A DNA stretch of 64,000 nt from positions 716,131 through 780,130 of the forward strand of contig CBFDEM010000035.1 of the NCBI GenBank assembly GCA_965603825.1, in the 5' to 3' direction. The notes beneath the pieces are model-generated. The model was not told the DNA's origin. It ran no database searches and saw only the letters and a list, made by a program, of their open reading frames with translations. Source of the DNA: Blepharisma stoltei ATCC 30299 (Eukaryota > Protista > Ciliophora). The position numbers were made by a program, and so were the translations under genes. Below, in pieces: positions 1 to 10,474 of the stretch (positions are counted from its first letter, which is position 1; every line of letters begins with the position of its first letter).

Positions 1-142
1 ATGGAAGGAAAGGATAGTGGGTTTTTTAATTTTGAGGTAAGAAGGGTATCTTAGTAATAATAATGAGTGGACTCATTTATTTTAGAGTGAAAACAGGGAA
101 CAGATATTTTAAAAAGAAATTATATTGATTATTTGCATTGAT

Positions 143-679
143 TTAAACAGCAGCACCATTTTCAGCTGCAGGGGAGTTCAAATCAACAGACTTAAACCCA
201 TTTTCTTCTTTTTTGTCTGCCTTCTCTGCTTTTGCACCTCCTTTCTCTCCTTTCTCTCCTTTCTCTCCTTTCTCTCCTTCTCCTCCTTCCTCTTCCTTAT
301 TAACTATATTTTTTTTGCAGCCACACGCAAGAGAAAAATACATAATTCCCTCAACCCAAAATACGATTGCCAGCACCAAAAAGAAAGCATTTCCAGTATC
401 AAACACAATCGTTCCCAAAAATAAACAGAACAGTGCTTTTCCAATATAGAACCCCAAAAATGAGACACAAGACATGAGGACCTTGCATGGCATTTCTGAC
501 AATGCCAGCAGAATACCAAATATTATATAGTAAATAGTCAAAAAAAAATCTCGGGCGTTGAATATACCAAGAGCAGAGAATTTATAGATCGCCAGAACGG
601 CCAGAGCCAGCCCCGAAATCAAACTTGTGATTTTTAACGCAGTGCTGATTTTCACATCATTAATTTCTTGTCCTACCAT
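143..679 (-). CDS. COPI-associated / Tvp15-like Golgi membrane protein
   Basis: 178-aa ORF with 3-4 hydrophobic segments, the pattern IYYIIFGILLALSE..FLGFYIGKALFCLFLG, and an acidic (GEK)n tail. Confidence 0.7.
   Translation of the reverse strand: MVGQEINDVKISTALKITSLISGLALAVLAIYKFSALGIFNARDFFLTIYYIIFGILLALSEMPCKVLMSCVSFLGFYIGKALFCLFLGTIVFDTGNAFFLVLAIVFWVEGIMYFSLACGCKKNIVNKEEEGGEGEKGEKGEKGEKGGAKAEKADKKEENGFKSVDLNSPAAENGAAV
238..292 (-). repeat. 9-bp coding tandem repeat (GEK)n
   Basis: (cctttctct)n on the + strand encodes GEKGEKGEKGEK in the tail of the 143-679 gene. Confidence 0.8.
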
Positions 680-1416
680 AATTAATTTATTATCAGAGAT
701 TACAAAATTTGAAACTCTTTACATTTGAATAGGAAAAACCATGAATTTTGCTGCAGGTAAATAATAGGAATTCTTTAGAGAATATTTTGTAAGGTCGTAT
801 AATAACTTGTAAATGAAATAATTTTATATTACTAAAAGTGCTATTTGTATTTAAGCTTTCTGAATTGCATAGGATTTATTTGGCTGTGTCAGGAAGGTAT
901 AATATTACTATATATTTATAAAGGCAGGTGATGTGAATATTTTATTTTCTTTATAAGGCTTATAGATTCAATAAAGGAATGCATTAAGTCAAATAATTCC
1001 TCAATAATCATTTATTTATTAATTTTTAGAACTTCCTAATAAAGGATTTCTCTCTTTATTTTTCAAAATAACTTCATAGAACTTTAAAAATTTCCAATTT
1101 CAAATCTCAGCAAAAATAAACTTCAAATCACAGCAACAAACAAAAAAAGTCATCCATCTTCAAACAGCAAATCCTCCAGCAGCAGCAGCTCCCTCCATCA
1201 ACAGAAGCTATTTCTCTAAAATATTTTTCACACAAACCCCTATTCTCACATTCTCATCCAAGATCAGCCGCCAATACAATTCTTGAATTACTTTGTGTCA
1301 ACTAGAATACTTCACAATCCTTCCATAAAGTTTTTCCAATCTTCCTACCAACCTTCAATCCTCCAGGAGACTAATAATAAGTTAGAAGTCATAAAACCTT
1401 AAATGGATATTAATAA

Positions 1417-2106
1417 ATGATAAGAAGACTTGTAGCTGAATTCGTAGGGACTTTCTTTCTAGTCTTTGGTGTAGGTGTGAGTCAAGGCCAGCCCTTCACA
1501 GTAGGAGGAACTTTATGGGCTGCTCAGATTTTCACAGGATTTTCTTCAGGTGGGCAATTCAACCCTGCTGTTACTTTAGCAATAATCACAAGAAAGCACA
1601 TTACCAAAACCCTTACAACACAAGAACTCAAAGAGCTGATGTGCTTCATTGCCGCTCAAATAACTGGATCTATCATGGCAGCCCTCCTTTCTTGGGGAAT
1701 CGTCCGATATGCTGCATATTTTGACGTTGCGCTTGGGTATAATAGAGGTGAGGCGTTTTTGGCTGAATTTTTATACACTACACTGCTCTGCGCAAATGCA
1801 ATTATGGCTGGGGTTTTAACAGATTCGAATTTATTGGTAGGAGCCGCTGTTTCTATGAGTGTTACTGCTGGAGATTGGTCTGTTGGGAATATCTCTGGAG
1901 GGTGCTTTAATCCAGCTGTTGGGTTTGGAGTGAATTTGATACACTTGTTTAAGGATGGAGACCATTTTGGAAACACTTGGATTTACATAATTGCGCCGCT
2001 TATTGGAGGAATTATGGGAGGACTTACTTCGACGATTTTTATAAAAGAGTTGCAAAGCCAAAGGAGCAAGGTCGCAGAAGAAGATGATCATCAGCATTCA
2101 ACTTAA
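1417..2106 (+). CDS. Aquaporin / MIP channel
   Basis: AEFVGTF start motif, two NPA boxes (SGGQFNPAVT, SGGCFNPAV), six hydrophobic segments. Confidence 0.95.
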   Translation: MIRRLVAEFVGTFFLVFGVGVSQGQPFTVGGTLWAAQIFTGFSSGGQFNPAVTLAIITRKHITKTLTTQELKELMCFIAAQITGSIMAALLSWGIVRYAAYFDVALGYNRGEAFLAEFLYTTLLCANAIMAGVLTDSNLLVGAAVSMSVTAGDWSVGNISGGCFNPAVGFGVNLIHLFKDGDHFGNTWIYIIAPLIGGIMGGLTSTIFIKELQSQRSKVAEEDDHQHST

Positions 2107-2295
2107 GTCTAATTAGCAAATAATATAAAACTCAATAATAAGCTGGTGTCCTGCTAAAGATAATATGCTAAATTCGCTAGAAATAAAAGCATTAATAGAT
2201 ATAAAATGCAAAACTCGTAGCTAAAATTGCATTTTATATGATTTTACTAAATTCAATATTTTAAAAAAATTTACCTGAAAGTAAAGTCAAAGTAA

Positions 2296-3300
2296 ATGGA
2301 AGAAGAGAAAGAAGCATTAGAGAGCATAAAAGCATTATTCAAGGACGCCTTTATCAGGAACAGCTACTTAGATGATGAAAGCGTCACCAATGAAGAGCTA
2401 CTAACCCTAGAGGACCTTTCACCTCTCGAAGTATATGAAAATTTAAAAGATCTCATAACAAATCTGCTTTTGTTTAAGGAAAACGTCATAAAATCCAACA
2501 CTGAAACCACAAGCTTAATTAAACGCACAGAACAATTCGAAAATATGCTGCAGAAGCTGGAAGGCGAAGTCCGGGCTCACATAAGGACCGAGCAGCAATT
2601 GAAACTTCACATTGAAACGTGCCAATGCAAAATTGACGAGCTGGAAAGAAAAAGCTTAAAAGACCGCCAGCTTATTGAAACACAAACACAAGATATCGAG
2701 CAAAAAGCACAACAAATAGAAAAACTTAGAAAAGAAAAACCTATTTCTTCAGATGATGCCAGAATCAGGTCAAAAGATATTGAAGACAAATACAAAGACG
2801 AAATTTCGAAAATTGCTACACAGAGGAAACTCTCTTTACTTCATGGAGGGAGTGAGCTATTGAAGCCTAATAAGGAAAAAGTGGCTTCAAAGATAAAAAA
2901 CACACATGAGAGAAGTGAAAAATATGCGTATTTAAGATCACTTCTCGACCAAAAAAGCAAAGAATGCGATCAACTAAGAAAAGATTACGAAAATTCTAAC
3001 GAAAAAATTAACGACATTCGAGAGCAGCACAAGTCTAAAAACCCAATCAGTATGCTTCACCCAAAATTCAAATCAATGAGCTCAAGACATCCTGGATCTG
3101 GAGGAAAACTCAGTCGAAACTCCTCCACAAAAACAATGTGCGAAGTAATTGATTTATTTAAAAAATCAGACTCAGCGCCTTTTTTTAAAAAGGAAACCCA
3201 GGATAATTTGAACTCTGCAAGAAAAAAGCGGAAAGAAGGCAAGCACGCAAGGAGTAACTCTGATAACTTCAAAGCTATGTTAATCGCTAAAGAAAACTAA
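2296..3300 (+). CDS. Coiled-coil protein of unknown function
   Basis: 334-aa uninterrupted ORF with a heptad-rich core (FENMLQKLEGEVRAHIRTEQQLKLHIE). Confidence 0.75.
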   Translation: MEEEKEALESIKALFKDAFIRNSYLDDESVTNEELLTLEDLSPLEVYENLKDLITNLLLFKENVIKSNTETTSLIKRTEQFENMLQKLEGEVRAHIRTEQQLKLHIETCQCKIDELERKSLKDRQLIETQTQDIEQKAQQIEKLRKEKPISSDDARIRSKDIEDKYKDEISKIATQRKLSLLHGGSELLKPNKEKVASKIKNTHERSEKYAYLRSLLDQKSKECDQLRKDYENSNEKINDIREQHKSKNPISMLHPKFKSMSSRHPGSGGKLSRNSSTKTMCEVIDLFKKSDSAPFFKKETQDNLNSARKKRKEGKHARSNSDNFKAMLIAKEN

Positions 3301-3327
3301 ATATACATAATTGTAAATTTAATTAAT

Positions 3328-3378
3328 CAGCCCTCTCCAACTTTGCTAGGATTTAAGCAAAGTCTTCACATTTGGCTG
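3328..3378 (-). promoter_or_regulatory. Putative SECIS element in the 3' UTR of the 3384-4115 gene
   Basis: Minus strand reads CAGCC AAAT GTGAA GACTTTGCT TAAATCCT AGCAAAGTT GGAG AG GGCTG. It has helix I (CAGCC/GGCTG), a UGAN/NGAN core, a 9-bp helix II and an apical AAA exactly 11 nt after UGA. Confidence 0.8.
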
Positions 3379-3383
3379 GGGGT

Positions 3384-4115
3384 TTAAGGGAAATAAGGTT
3401 TTACAGCTTCTATCAGATCTGTGAGGGTCAAATAAGTGCTGCTTTTGTGATAAACGTCATTTTTCTCAGAACCAATTTGTACTTGTACGTCAATTTCTCT
3501 TGATTTTCTGCTTTGCACTATAACTTGATCGCTTTTTAAATCAAGATTATTTATTAAAGACTTTGCCACTCTTTCTGAATTTCTTTTATATCCTCAAGAT
3601 CCACATAAATACACAAAAACTTTTTTACTAGCAGCATTATCTTCACTTTTAATTTTTTCTTTTGGTTTTTCATCTTTTGTTTCTTCGGTTTTTGAAGGGA
3701 CTTTTACATTTCTCTTCCTTTCTGGATTTTCAACTGGGGTTTTTGATCTTTTTTTATTATTTTTTGTTTCTTCCCCATCATCAATATATGCACTATCATT
3801 GCTTTTTGCCCCACAACTTAATGTAAAATAACCATCCCGCTCAAGTTCGGCAAGCTGGGACTTGTATCTTTTTGTATCATTTTCATGCTGTTTTTCAAAG
3901 CAGGACTTTTCTTCTTCAGAAAATTCCTTCCATCTCTTTTTTCCAATTTGACTAAGCTGTTTTAAAGTTAATTTTTTGCCATCTTCTATAGGCTGAGTTT
4001 TGAGGTCTTCAATGAAGAACTGGTATGAGGACAAAGGCTTTCGAGGGTAAAGCTTATTTTCTTGTTTATCATAAATACAGTCACTTGGAATTGATCTCTT
4101 TCTCCGTTTCTTCAT
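3384..4115 (-). CDS. HMG-box + SelW/Rdx-like domain fusion, probable selenoprotein (243 aa; UGA at 3594-3596)
   Basis: ORFs 3594-4115 and 3384-3569 are in frame across a single TGA. N-half is an HMG box (PRKPLSSYQFF..WKEFSEEEK..F). C-half VYLCGS[TGA]GYKR..EIDVQV..VYHKS matches SelW VYCGAUGYK..FEV..IHSK. Confidence 0.8.
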
Positions 4116-4336
4116 TTTAAATGGGCGGGCTTAATAAATAATTATATTGATTTCATTATAATAGAAAATGTAATTTATAAGTCCAATATTTTAATTGCAA
4201 TAATCCAAATTAGCTTAATTAAAACTGCTTATTACTTAAAAATCTATATTATCATTCCAGCTCTATAAATAAGCCCGATATATTTTCATAAATAATTTTA
4301 ATCTTTTATCAAGCATTATGAATCTGAAATTCTTAT

Positions 4337-4798
4337 TTAGGATTGGTTTGCGATATCTTCAAAGTTTTGTCCACCGACTAAATCCGGCACTTCTTCTTCT
4401 CCACCTTCTTTAGCTCCAGCTTGAACTAGCTCTTTTAGGACGTCTAGGTTTTTAGGCCCTAATTGAGTAATAATTCCTGGCATCAGATCTTTAATAGTTT
4501 TCACTTCGCCTGCTCCTGAAACCACAAAGAAATTGTCTTTTATGTTAGCAGTCACTTGTGGGTTTACAAAATGAAGCACAGTGTTGTCGTCTTTAAAGAA
4601 ATTGACTTCTTCTATTGCTGGCAATGGCTGCACTCCGAGTTTTGATATAGAAGATCGTAATTTCTTGTCATCTACCATAGTGGTTTTGTGAGGAACTTTG
4701 TTCTTGCGCTTCATTGAGCCTTTTCCACCGATTCTTGCGGATTCGCCAAACTTAGCTGCAAGTTTCGCACGAGCTTGAAGGACTTCTGGGTCTTCCAT
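4337..4798 (-). CDS. BTF3: Nascent polypeptide-associated complex beta subunit
   Basis: RIGGKGSMKRK, DDKKL, IEEVNFFKDD..VLHF.NP, MPGIITQLGP, EVPDLV..NFE motifs. Confidence 0.95.
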   Translation of the reverse strand: MEDPEVLQARAKLAAKFGESARIGGKGSMKRKNKVPHKTTMVDDKKLRSSISKLGVQPLPAIEEVNFFKDDNTVLHFVNPQVTANIKDNFFVVSGAGEVKTIKDLMPGIITQLGPKNLDVLKELVQAGAKEGGEEEVPDLVGGQNFEDIANQS

Positions 4799-4882
4799 TT
4801 ATTGATTATCTACCACAATATTAAAAATTCTAAGCAGAGTTACTATTACGAAACTAGAAAGATTCCAGCTTTAAATTAAAAA

Positions 4883-6253
4883 TTATGCTGATAATTTTTC
4901 TCGAAGCATTGCATGGCGCTTTCTTTTAAGTTCGTAAAGGGCATCGCTCTTCTGCTGGATCTCAGCAGAGGTTTCAGTGATTTCTTTTCTCAAGACTTCC
5001 AAATCAGAAGTCTCTTCTTGTGATGAGTGTAGCAGCTGCTTGTATTTTTTGCCTAAAAAAGAAATTTCATTTTCCAGTTTTTCAATTGAATTTGCAATTT
5101 GGTCTTCGTTCATTCCCTGTGGCTCATTAATTCTTACTAATCCAGTAACAGATTTCTGAAAAGGCTTTTTTTTAAGCGAAGACTTCAAAGGCCTTTCGTC
5201 TTCTTTTTTTGCGCAGACATCACAAAGGGGAGACACAGGCCTTTTAATGATTTTAGCAGAAAAGTTTTTCTTAAACTTTTTTGGTTTGCCTCCTTTGTAA
5301 GGGGAAAGATCTTTCCGATTTGATGAGCTAGATAATGATCCTAAATTTGTTTTTGTAGATGACTTTTTTGAGCTGCTTAGCTTATATTCTTCTTTATAGG
5401 AAGAAATTTCTTTTCTGCTTGAAGGAGTTTGTAGGGATTCTGCATTGGAATTTGCTGAGGTCTTTTGTGATCTATAAATTTCTTCGATTTCTTTTTGTAA
5501 TATCTCTAATTGCTGTTTTTGATTTGATGCAGTTTCATTTAAACTTTTATTTTTAAATTCCAGCTCTTTTATTTTTTCAATATAATCATTTTCTCTTATG
5601 CCCTCATCCTCATATAGCTAAGTAAATATTACTGCTTTTGGGTTCTTTGCAGACTTCTTCAGTAATTCGACTTCTTCTTCCAATATATAGTTAGCTCTTC
5701 TAAGCTGAGAGTTTTCTTCTTCTATCAGTTTTTTATCTTTTTCAATCCTAATTAGCATATTTTCGCTATTTTTGTGCTCATTGATTTCATTAGCCAACTG
5801 TCTTTTCAAATGCTCAATTTCCAAGCTTAAATTTTCTTTATCTAATTTAAATTGCTGATAATTCATTTTCTCTTGACTGCTCTGGTGCCAAATATGATCA
5901 TCTTTTATTCTCAATTTTTCATCATTGGTTGATAATTTTTCGCTCATTTCTTTAATTTTTTGCTCGAGCCCAAAAATTGTACTCTGCAAATATTTCTCTT
6001 TTTGACTTCAAATTTTTGCTTCATCTATCAGTCTTTCTTGCCACTTTTTGCTATCAAAGCTGCTTTTTGTCTCTATTGATGCTATTTTATCCTTTAATTG
6101 CGCATTCTCTGACTCTAGTGATCTTATTTTTTCATGGAGAGCCCTCATTGCGTTTGCATATGATCTCGAATTATAATAATGATTTGATGCTGAAGGTGAC
6201 GAAATTTCTGCAATATCTTTAATAGCTAATCGGTCAATATATTGCTCAGACAT
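4883..6253 (-). CDS. CEP57/translokin-like centrosomal coiled-coil protein (UGA=Trp at 6008-6010; intron 5618-5632)
   Basis: Three track ORFs join into one frame after UGA readthrough and removal of GTAATATTTACTTAG. N-terminal AMRALHEKIRSLESE resembles the Cep57 localisation domain; C-terminal IEKLENEI..YKQL..IQQKSDALYEL resembles the Cep57 microtubule-binding domain. Confidence 0.65.
5618..5632 (-). other. 15-nt spliceosomal intron
   Basis: GTAATATTTACTTAG; removing it deletes an in-frame TAG and restores the ORF. Confidence 0.85.
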
Positions 6254-6274
6254 TATTATTTTTCAAAAAATTCA

Positions 6275-6832
6275 TTAATTACTAGTTACTTTTCTCGCTT
6301 CTTTTGCAAGCTCTATATAAGGCTTTCTTTCTTCTTCACCCATCTCTTTCCAGGCCGCTCTCAACTCTTTGGCTCTTTCTCTATATTTCAGCTCTGGCTT
6401 TTTTTCTTTGAGGGAAAGTATCTGACTCTTGTAGTAGCAGTTGAATGGAGTTGTCCTGGAGCGTTTGGTTTTTTGGGCAGCTTGCTTTGGGTTTTGAATG
6501 TAAGACTCATTGGCTTTAGAAAGTTTGGCTTCTACCTCTTCGAGTTGTTTTATGAGAGCTTCTTTTTGGGAAGTAAGGTCTATAATATTCTTATATACCT
6601 CTTTTTGTTTCTTGTGAAGGTCATTGAACTTTTCTTTTTCAAAAGCGTCAATTTCATGCCAGAGCTTGGAGAGGAATTTGGTGTCTTTGATATCGGAGTT
6701 TTCCTTTGCAAAAAGCCTAAAAGGTGCGAGGGGTCTTGAGATTAGGCTTCTGTGAATTTTAGATTCACTAGCTGAGGTGCTTTGTTGTGCTTCAGATTTT
6801 GGCTCGTTAGTTTGTGACATTTTATAAATCAT
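6275..6832 (-). CDS. Tandem HMG-box protein
   Basis: SRPLAPFRLF..LSKLWHEI..EKEKF and RSRTTPFNCY..LRAAWKEMGEEERKPY. Confidence 0.85.
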   Translation of the reverse strand: MIYKMSQTNEPKSEAQQSTSASESKIHRSLISRPLAPFRLFAKENSDIKDTKFLSKLWHEIDAFEKEKFNDLHKKQKEVYKNIIDLTSQKEALIKQLEEVEAKLSKANESYIQNPKQAAQKTKRSRTTPFNCYYKSQILSLKEKKPELKYRERAKELRAAWKEMGEEERKPYIELAKEARKVTSN

Positions 6833-7059
6833 TTTTCGGCTAGCTATTTATAGTTTCGCGTATCTTTGGCGGTACTTAATTTCTTACTGTCTTAAAAATG
6901 ATCAAGAGTATAAAAAATATTTAAATAGAAAAAAGGAAGGATTATCAATATTTTTAATTATATTAAAAACCAGGCAAAATTATTTTATTTTTCCTAATCA
7001 TCAATATCAATAATCGTCTTTTTAACAGTTAAAATTCATCTTCATATTTTAAATTTAAA

Positions 7060-7581
7060 ATGGCACTTGAACTTCAGCATAACTGGAACGCTTGGTATGA
7101 CCACGGTGACCCAAAACGAACCTCCAAATCCTATGAGCAAACCTTACATAAAATCTGTTCCTTCCACACAGTCCAAGAATTCTGGGGCTGCTACAACAAC
7201 CTTCCAGTCCTTACAACTCTCAGCAATAAATCAGGCTACCACATAATGAAGACAGGAGTCAAGCCTATCTGGGAAGATCCTGAAAACTCAGGAGTCTGGC
7301 AGCTTCGAATAAAAAAAGAAGATGGGGTCCAAGTTTGGAAAGAAATTCTTATAGGACTTGTAAGTGGGCAATACGATGCAGCCTTAGAAAACTTCCCAAT
7401 CAACGGCGTGAGCATTTCCAATAAGCAAGGAGAATATCTTTTGAATATTTGGACTCACAATTCGTCAGAAAACAATAAAATTCCTGAATTCTTCTTATCA
7501 TTATGCCCAAATATACAGCCAACCTCTTCCCCTTCTTTTAGATGCTGCAGCAACCTGATTGAGAACAGTAAAGACCTCTAA
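7060..7581 (+). CDS. eIF4E-family cap-binding protein
   Basis: LQHNWNAWYD, FHTVQEFW, GVKPIWEDPEN and INGVSIS..LNIW. The W56-equivalent appears to be Tyr, so probably not the class I isoform. Confidence 0.9.
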   Translation: MALELQHNWNAWYDHGDPKRTSKSYEQTLHKICSFHTVQEFWGCYNNLPVLTTLSNKSGYHIMKTGVKPIWEDPENSGVWQLRIKKEDGVQVWKEILIGLVSGQYDAALENFPINGVSISNKQGEYLLNIWTHNSSENNKIPEFFLSLCPNIQPTSSPSFRCCSNLIENSKDL

Positions 7582-7616
7582 TTATTTTAAATTCTTATCT
7601 AAATCTGCTTAATTAC

Positions 7617-8246
7617 CTAACAACAGGCTTTCTTTTGACCTTTATCTTTCTTTCCTCCTGACAAATTGATTGTTGGCTTGTACTCTTCTTCTTCTTTTAC
7701 CTGAGAAAGGGCATTTCTGGCGATTGATTGGAATGCTTCATCGACATTTATAGCGTCCTTAGCTGAGGTCTCGAAAAACGGCATGTTTCCATTGTCTCTA
7801 CACCACTGTGAAGCTTTGGCGTTTGCAACTTTTCTTTCGCTTTCCTTGTCGAGCTTATTCCCAAGCACCACAAATGGGAAGTTTTCAGGGTCTTTAGGGT
7901 TGGACTGGCTTAAGAACTCATCTTTCCAGGAGCTGATATTATCGAAACTTTTACTTGAAGTTATGTCATATACCATTACACAACAGTCAGCACCTCGGTA
8001 AAACGCAACTCCAAGGCTTTGGAAACGTTCTTGGCCGGCTGTGTCCCAGATCTGAAGAGTTACGAGTTTATCATCAATCATTACTTCCTTGGTGAGGAAA
8101 TCGGCGCCAATTGTGGCTTTGTATTGCTGGGTAAAACGCTTGTTTACGTATTGGTTCATGAGAGAAGTCTTGCCAACTCTAAGTAGTGGTTACGCTGAGT
8201 CTCCTAAGATGATTACTTTCAACAAATGTTTCCTGCCTGATGCCAT
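7617..8246 (-). CDS. RAB7: Rab7 GTPase (intron 8179-8193)
   Basis: [23 protein letters not shown] after splicing, [42 protein letters not shown] and a C-terminal CC. Confidence 0.95.
8179..8193 (-). other. 15-nt spliceosomal intron
   Basis: GTAACCACTACTTAG interrupts the Rab P-loop; removing it restores GDSAVGKT. Confidence 0.9.
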
Positions 8247-8452
8247 ATTTTATAGTGCAACAAAAGAGTCAAAGAAAATTATTTATCAAAAAGAAACTTT
8301 ATGCATTTTGGGTAAGGAAAATAAATAAAGATAGTGACTATGACAGATTATAGAAAAATCGAACTGGTTAAACGAGGTAAGACCCCTAAATAAAAATAAT
8401 GATAAATATTCTTGCACATTTATTAGATAACCTTAAATTTATAAAGTATATT

Positions 8453-8500
8453 GTAATTGCCCGAGGATGACGCAAGATAGCGCCATCCTCGGGCAATTAC
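8453..8500. repeat. Perfect 17-bp inverted repeat (hairpin)
   Basis: GTAATTGCCCGAGGATG-acgcaagatagcgc-CATCCTCGGGCAATTAC. Confidence 0.9.
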
Positions 8501-9754
8501 TATAGATTTAAAGAAGAAAAAGTGGTATATAAAAAGCTCTATCATTTTATAGCAAAGATGTTAAAAAATTTATTTAAACTATTGCTCTCTATAAATGCTG
8601 CTACAGCACTTATTTGCTGATTTTTCATAGCGTTTATAAGTCCTTTTAGGCCTCTTTCAAAAATAATTAGCTATTTGATAAAAGCAATGCGATTTAACGA
8701 TGAATGTATTTAATCCTATTTTCAGCATTTCAAATTAAATAAGTTTTTAATTATAACTGAAAATATCAAACTAAAACAGTTATATTTATGCAATTGCTAA
8801 TATGAGTTATTGAACTATTATAAGCGATTTAGATCTTTTAAGTTATGACGCTATTGATAATTAAATAGGTCAAATTTAAATCAATTTAAACATTTTGAGC
8901 CGCAAAATGAGGCAACAAAGTTAATCTTAACGTATACAGCCACTTTAATAGAAAAGGTCTTCCAAAAAATAAAAAAGATCCTTTATTGAAAGAAATCGAA
9001 ACCAGGAGCAGCTCATAAAGACCGTCGGTAAGAAGTCGAAAGACCTGGAAGAGTTAAAAAATTAAGTTTCCAGCTTAAGGAAGAGCAGGTAAAAATGCAT
9101 CATGAAAATATGAAAGTAGACTTATTAAAAAACAACCACATAAAGACCACGGAGGGGTACCAATCAAAGAAAGCATTACAGACTTTGGAGCTATTAATGA
9201 ATAGAGAGAAAGGATGCCTAGACTTACTCAAGATTTATTGTCAAAGAAAAGATTTTACTGAAAAAGAAATAGAGCATCGAGAAATTATTGGAAAATTAAG
9301 AAAATTCCAAGCTAAAGCTGAATTCAGTTTTCTACAACGCAAGAAAGCTTAGTTAATATCCAAGAAATAAGCAAAATCCTAGAAAAAAATTATTCATTTA
9401 AAGGAGGCATATGAAATTTTTGTAAATAATTGTTTAGTTCATCTGAACCCGATTCCAAAAGCTCTTGAGCCGTTTCTTGATTCAACTAAACGTTAGCTAA
9501 AGGATGCTAGGACTTTTCCCTTCAGCTTGCTATTTTTTGACTACTCTTTTGTAAAAAATCTAAAAATTCTTCTTTTGTCACTTTAAACGGCTCTACAAAA
9601 ACTCTTTCAAAGGTATGACCCTTGCCAGAAATGTCCACGAAGTGAAATCACAGGACAAAGATAAAGGAGAGGTGAGCAGGAATACATATATAATTAGTAT
9701 AATGACTGCTTATTATTTTATTTTAAATCTGCATTTTTTGGAGTAGTTCAATAC

Positions 9755-10150
9755 GGTCTCGGCCTAATGCGTCATTAATAAAATTGATTTCTTCTTCAGG
9801 AAGGTTTCATTCATCCCCAGTGAAAAACCACTTACTTGATTTTCTTGCTTCAAATTATAAGCCCTATTAAAGTCCTGCAAAGCTGCTTCTTCTTGTCTGA
9901 GATTATTAAATACTCTAGCTCGGTTGCAGAAATGCAAAGGATTATTAGGTTCAAGTTTGATTGCCTCATCATAGCATTCTATTGCTTCTTGATACCTCTC
10001 TAAAATATAAAGATTATTGCCTTTGCGATTATAAAATTTGGCATTATTTGGATTGATTTTGATTGCCTTATCATAGCTTTCTACTGCTTCTGGGTGTCTT
10101 CCAAGTTCATCTAAAGCATATCCTTTATTACTTTAAACTTAGAATCACTG
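9755..10150 (-). pseudogene. TPR-repeat gene fragment
   Basis: SNKGYALDELGRHPEAVESYDKAIKINPNNAKFYNRKGNNLYILERYQEAIECYDEAIKLEP; no start codon and a broken frame upstream. Its 3' part has a homologue at ~24510-24595 (+). Confidence 0.8.
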
Positions 10151-10474
10151 TATTAAAATTTCACTTCTGAAAAATTATCATAGATACTAACTATCAAGCA
10201 AACTTGTATCAACTAATTCATAAAAAATCTTATTTGAGGTACAATCAATTAGTACACATGTGCGCTACCACATGATTTTTATGGTTTTCTGTGGCAATTT
10301 CTGCACCAAATTAAAATCCATTCACGAGAAATAAACCAGTTTAGAACTATAAAACAAATTAAAATAAGCACTAAGAACATAAAATATAATAGAACTGTTA
10401 GGATTATAATTTTTACCTGGGGAAATAAACTTTAACTAAGAAAAGAAATAATAGCTTATTATGATTCTATAATT

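Noticed and set aside
1085-1390. C/A-skewed segment upstream of aquaporin as a small gene or ncRNA
   Set aside because: The frames checked gave no convincing start-to-stop ORF, intron or recognisable RNA structure.
125-8328. Antisense and overlapping track ORFs (e.g. 125-424, 1656-1976, 6242-6739, 7783-8001)
   Set aside because: These are shadows of real genes, F/L/S-rich and without motifs.
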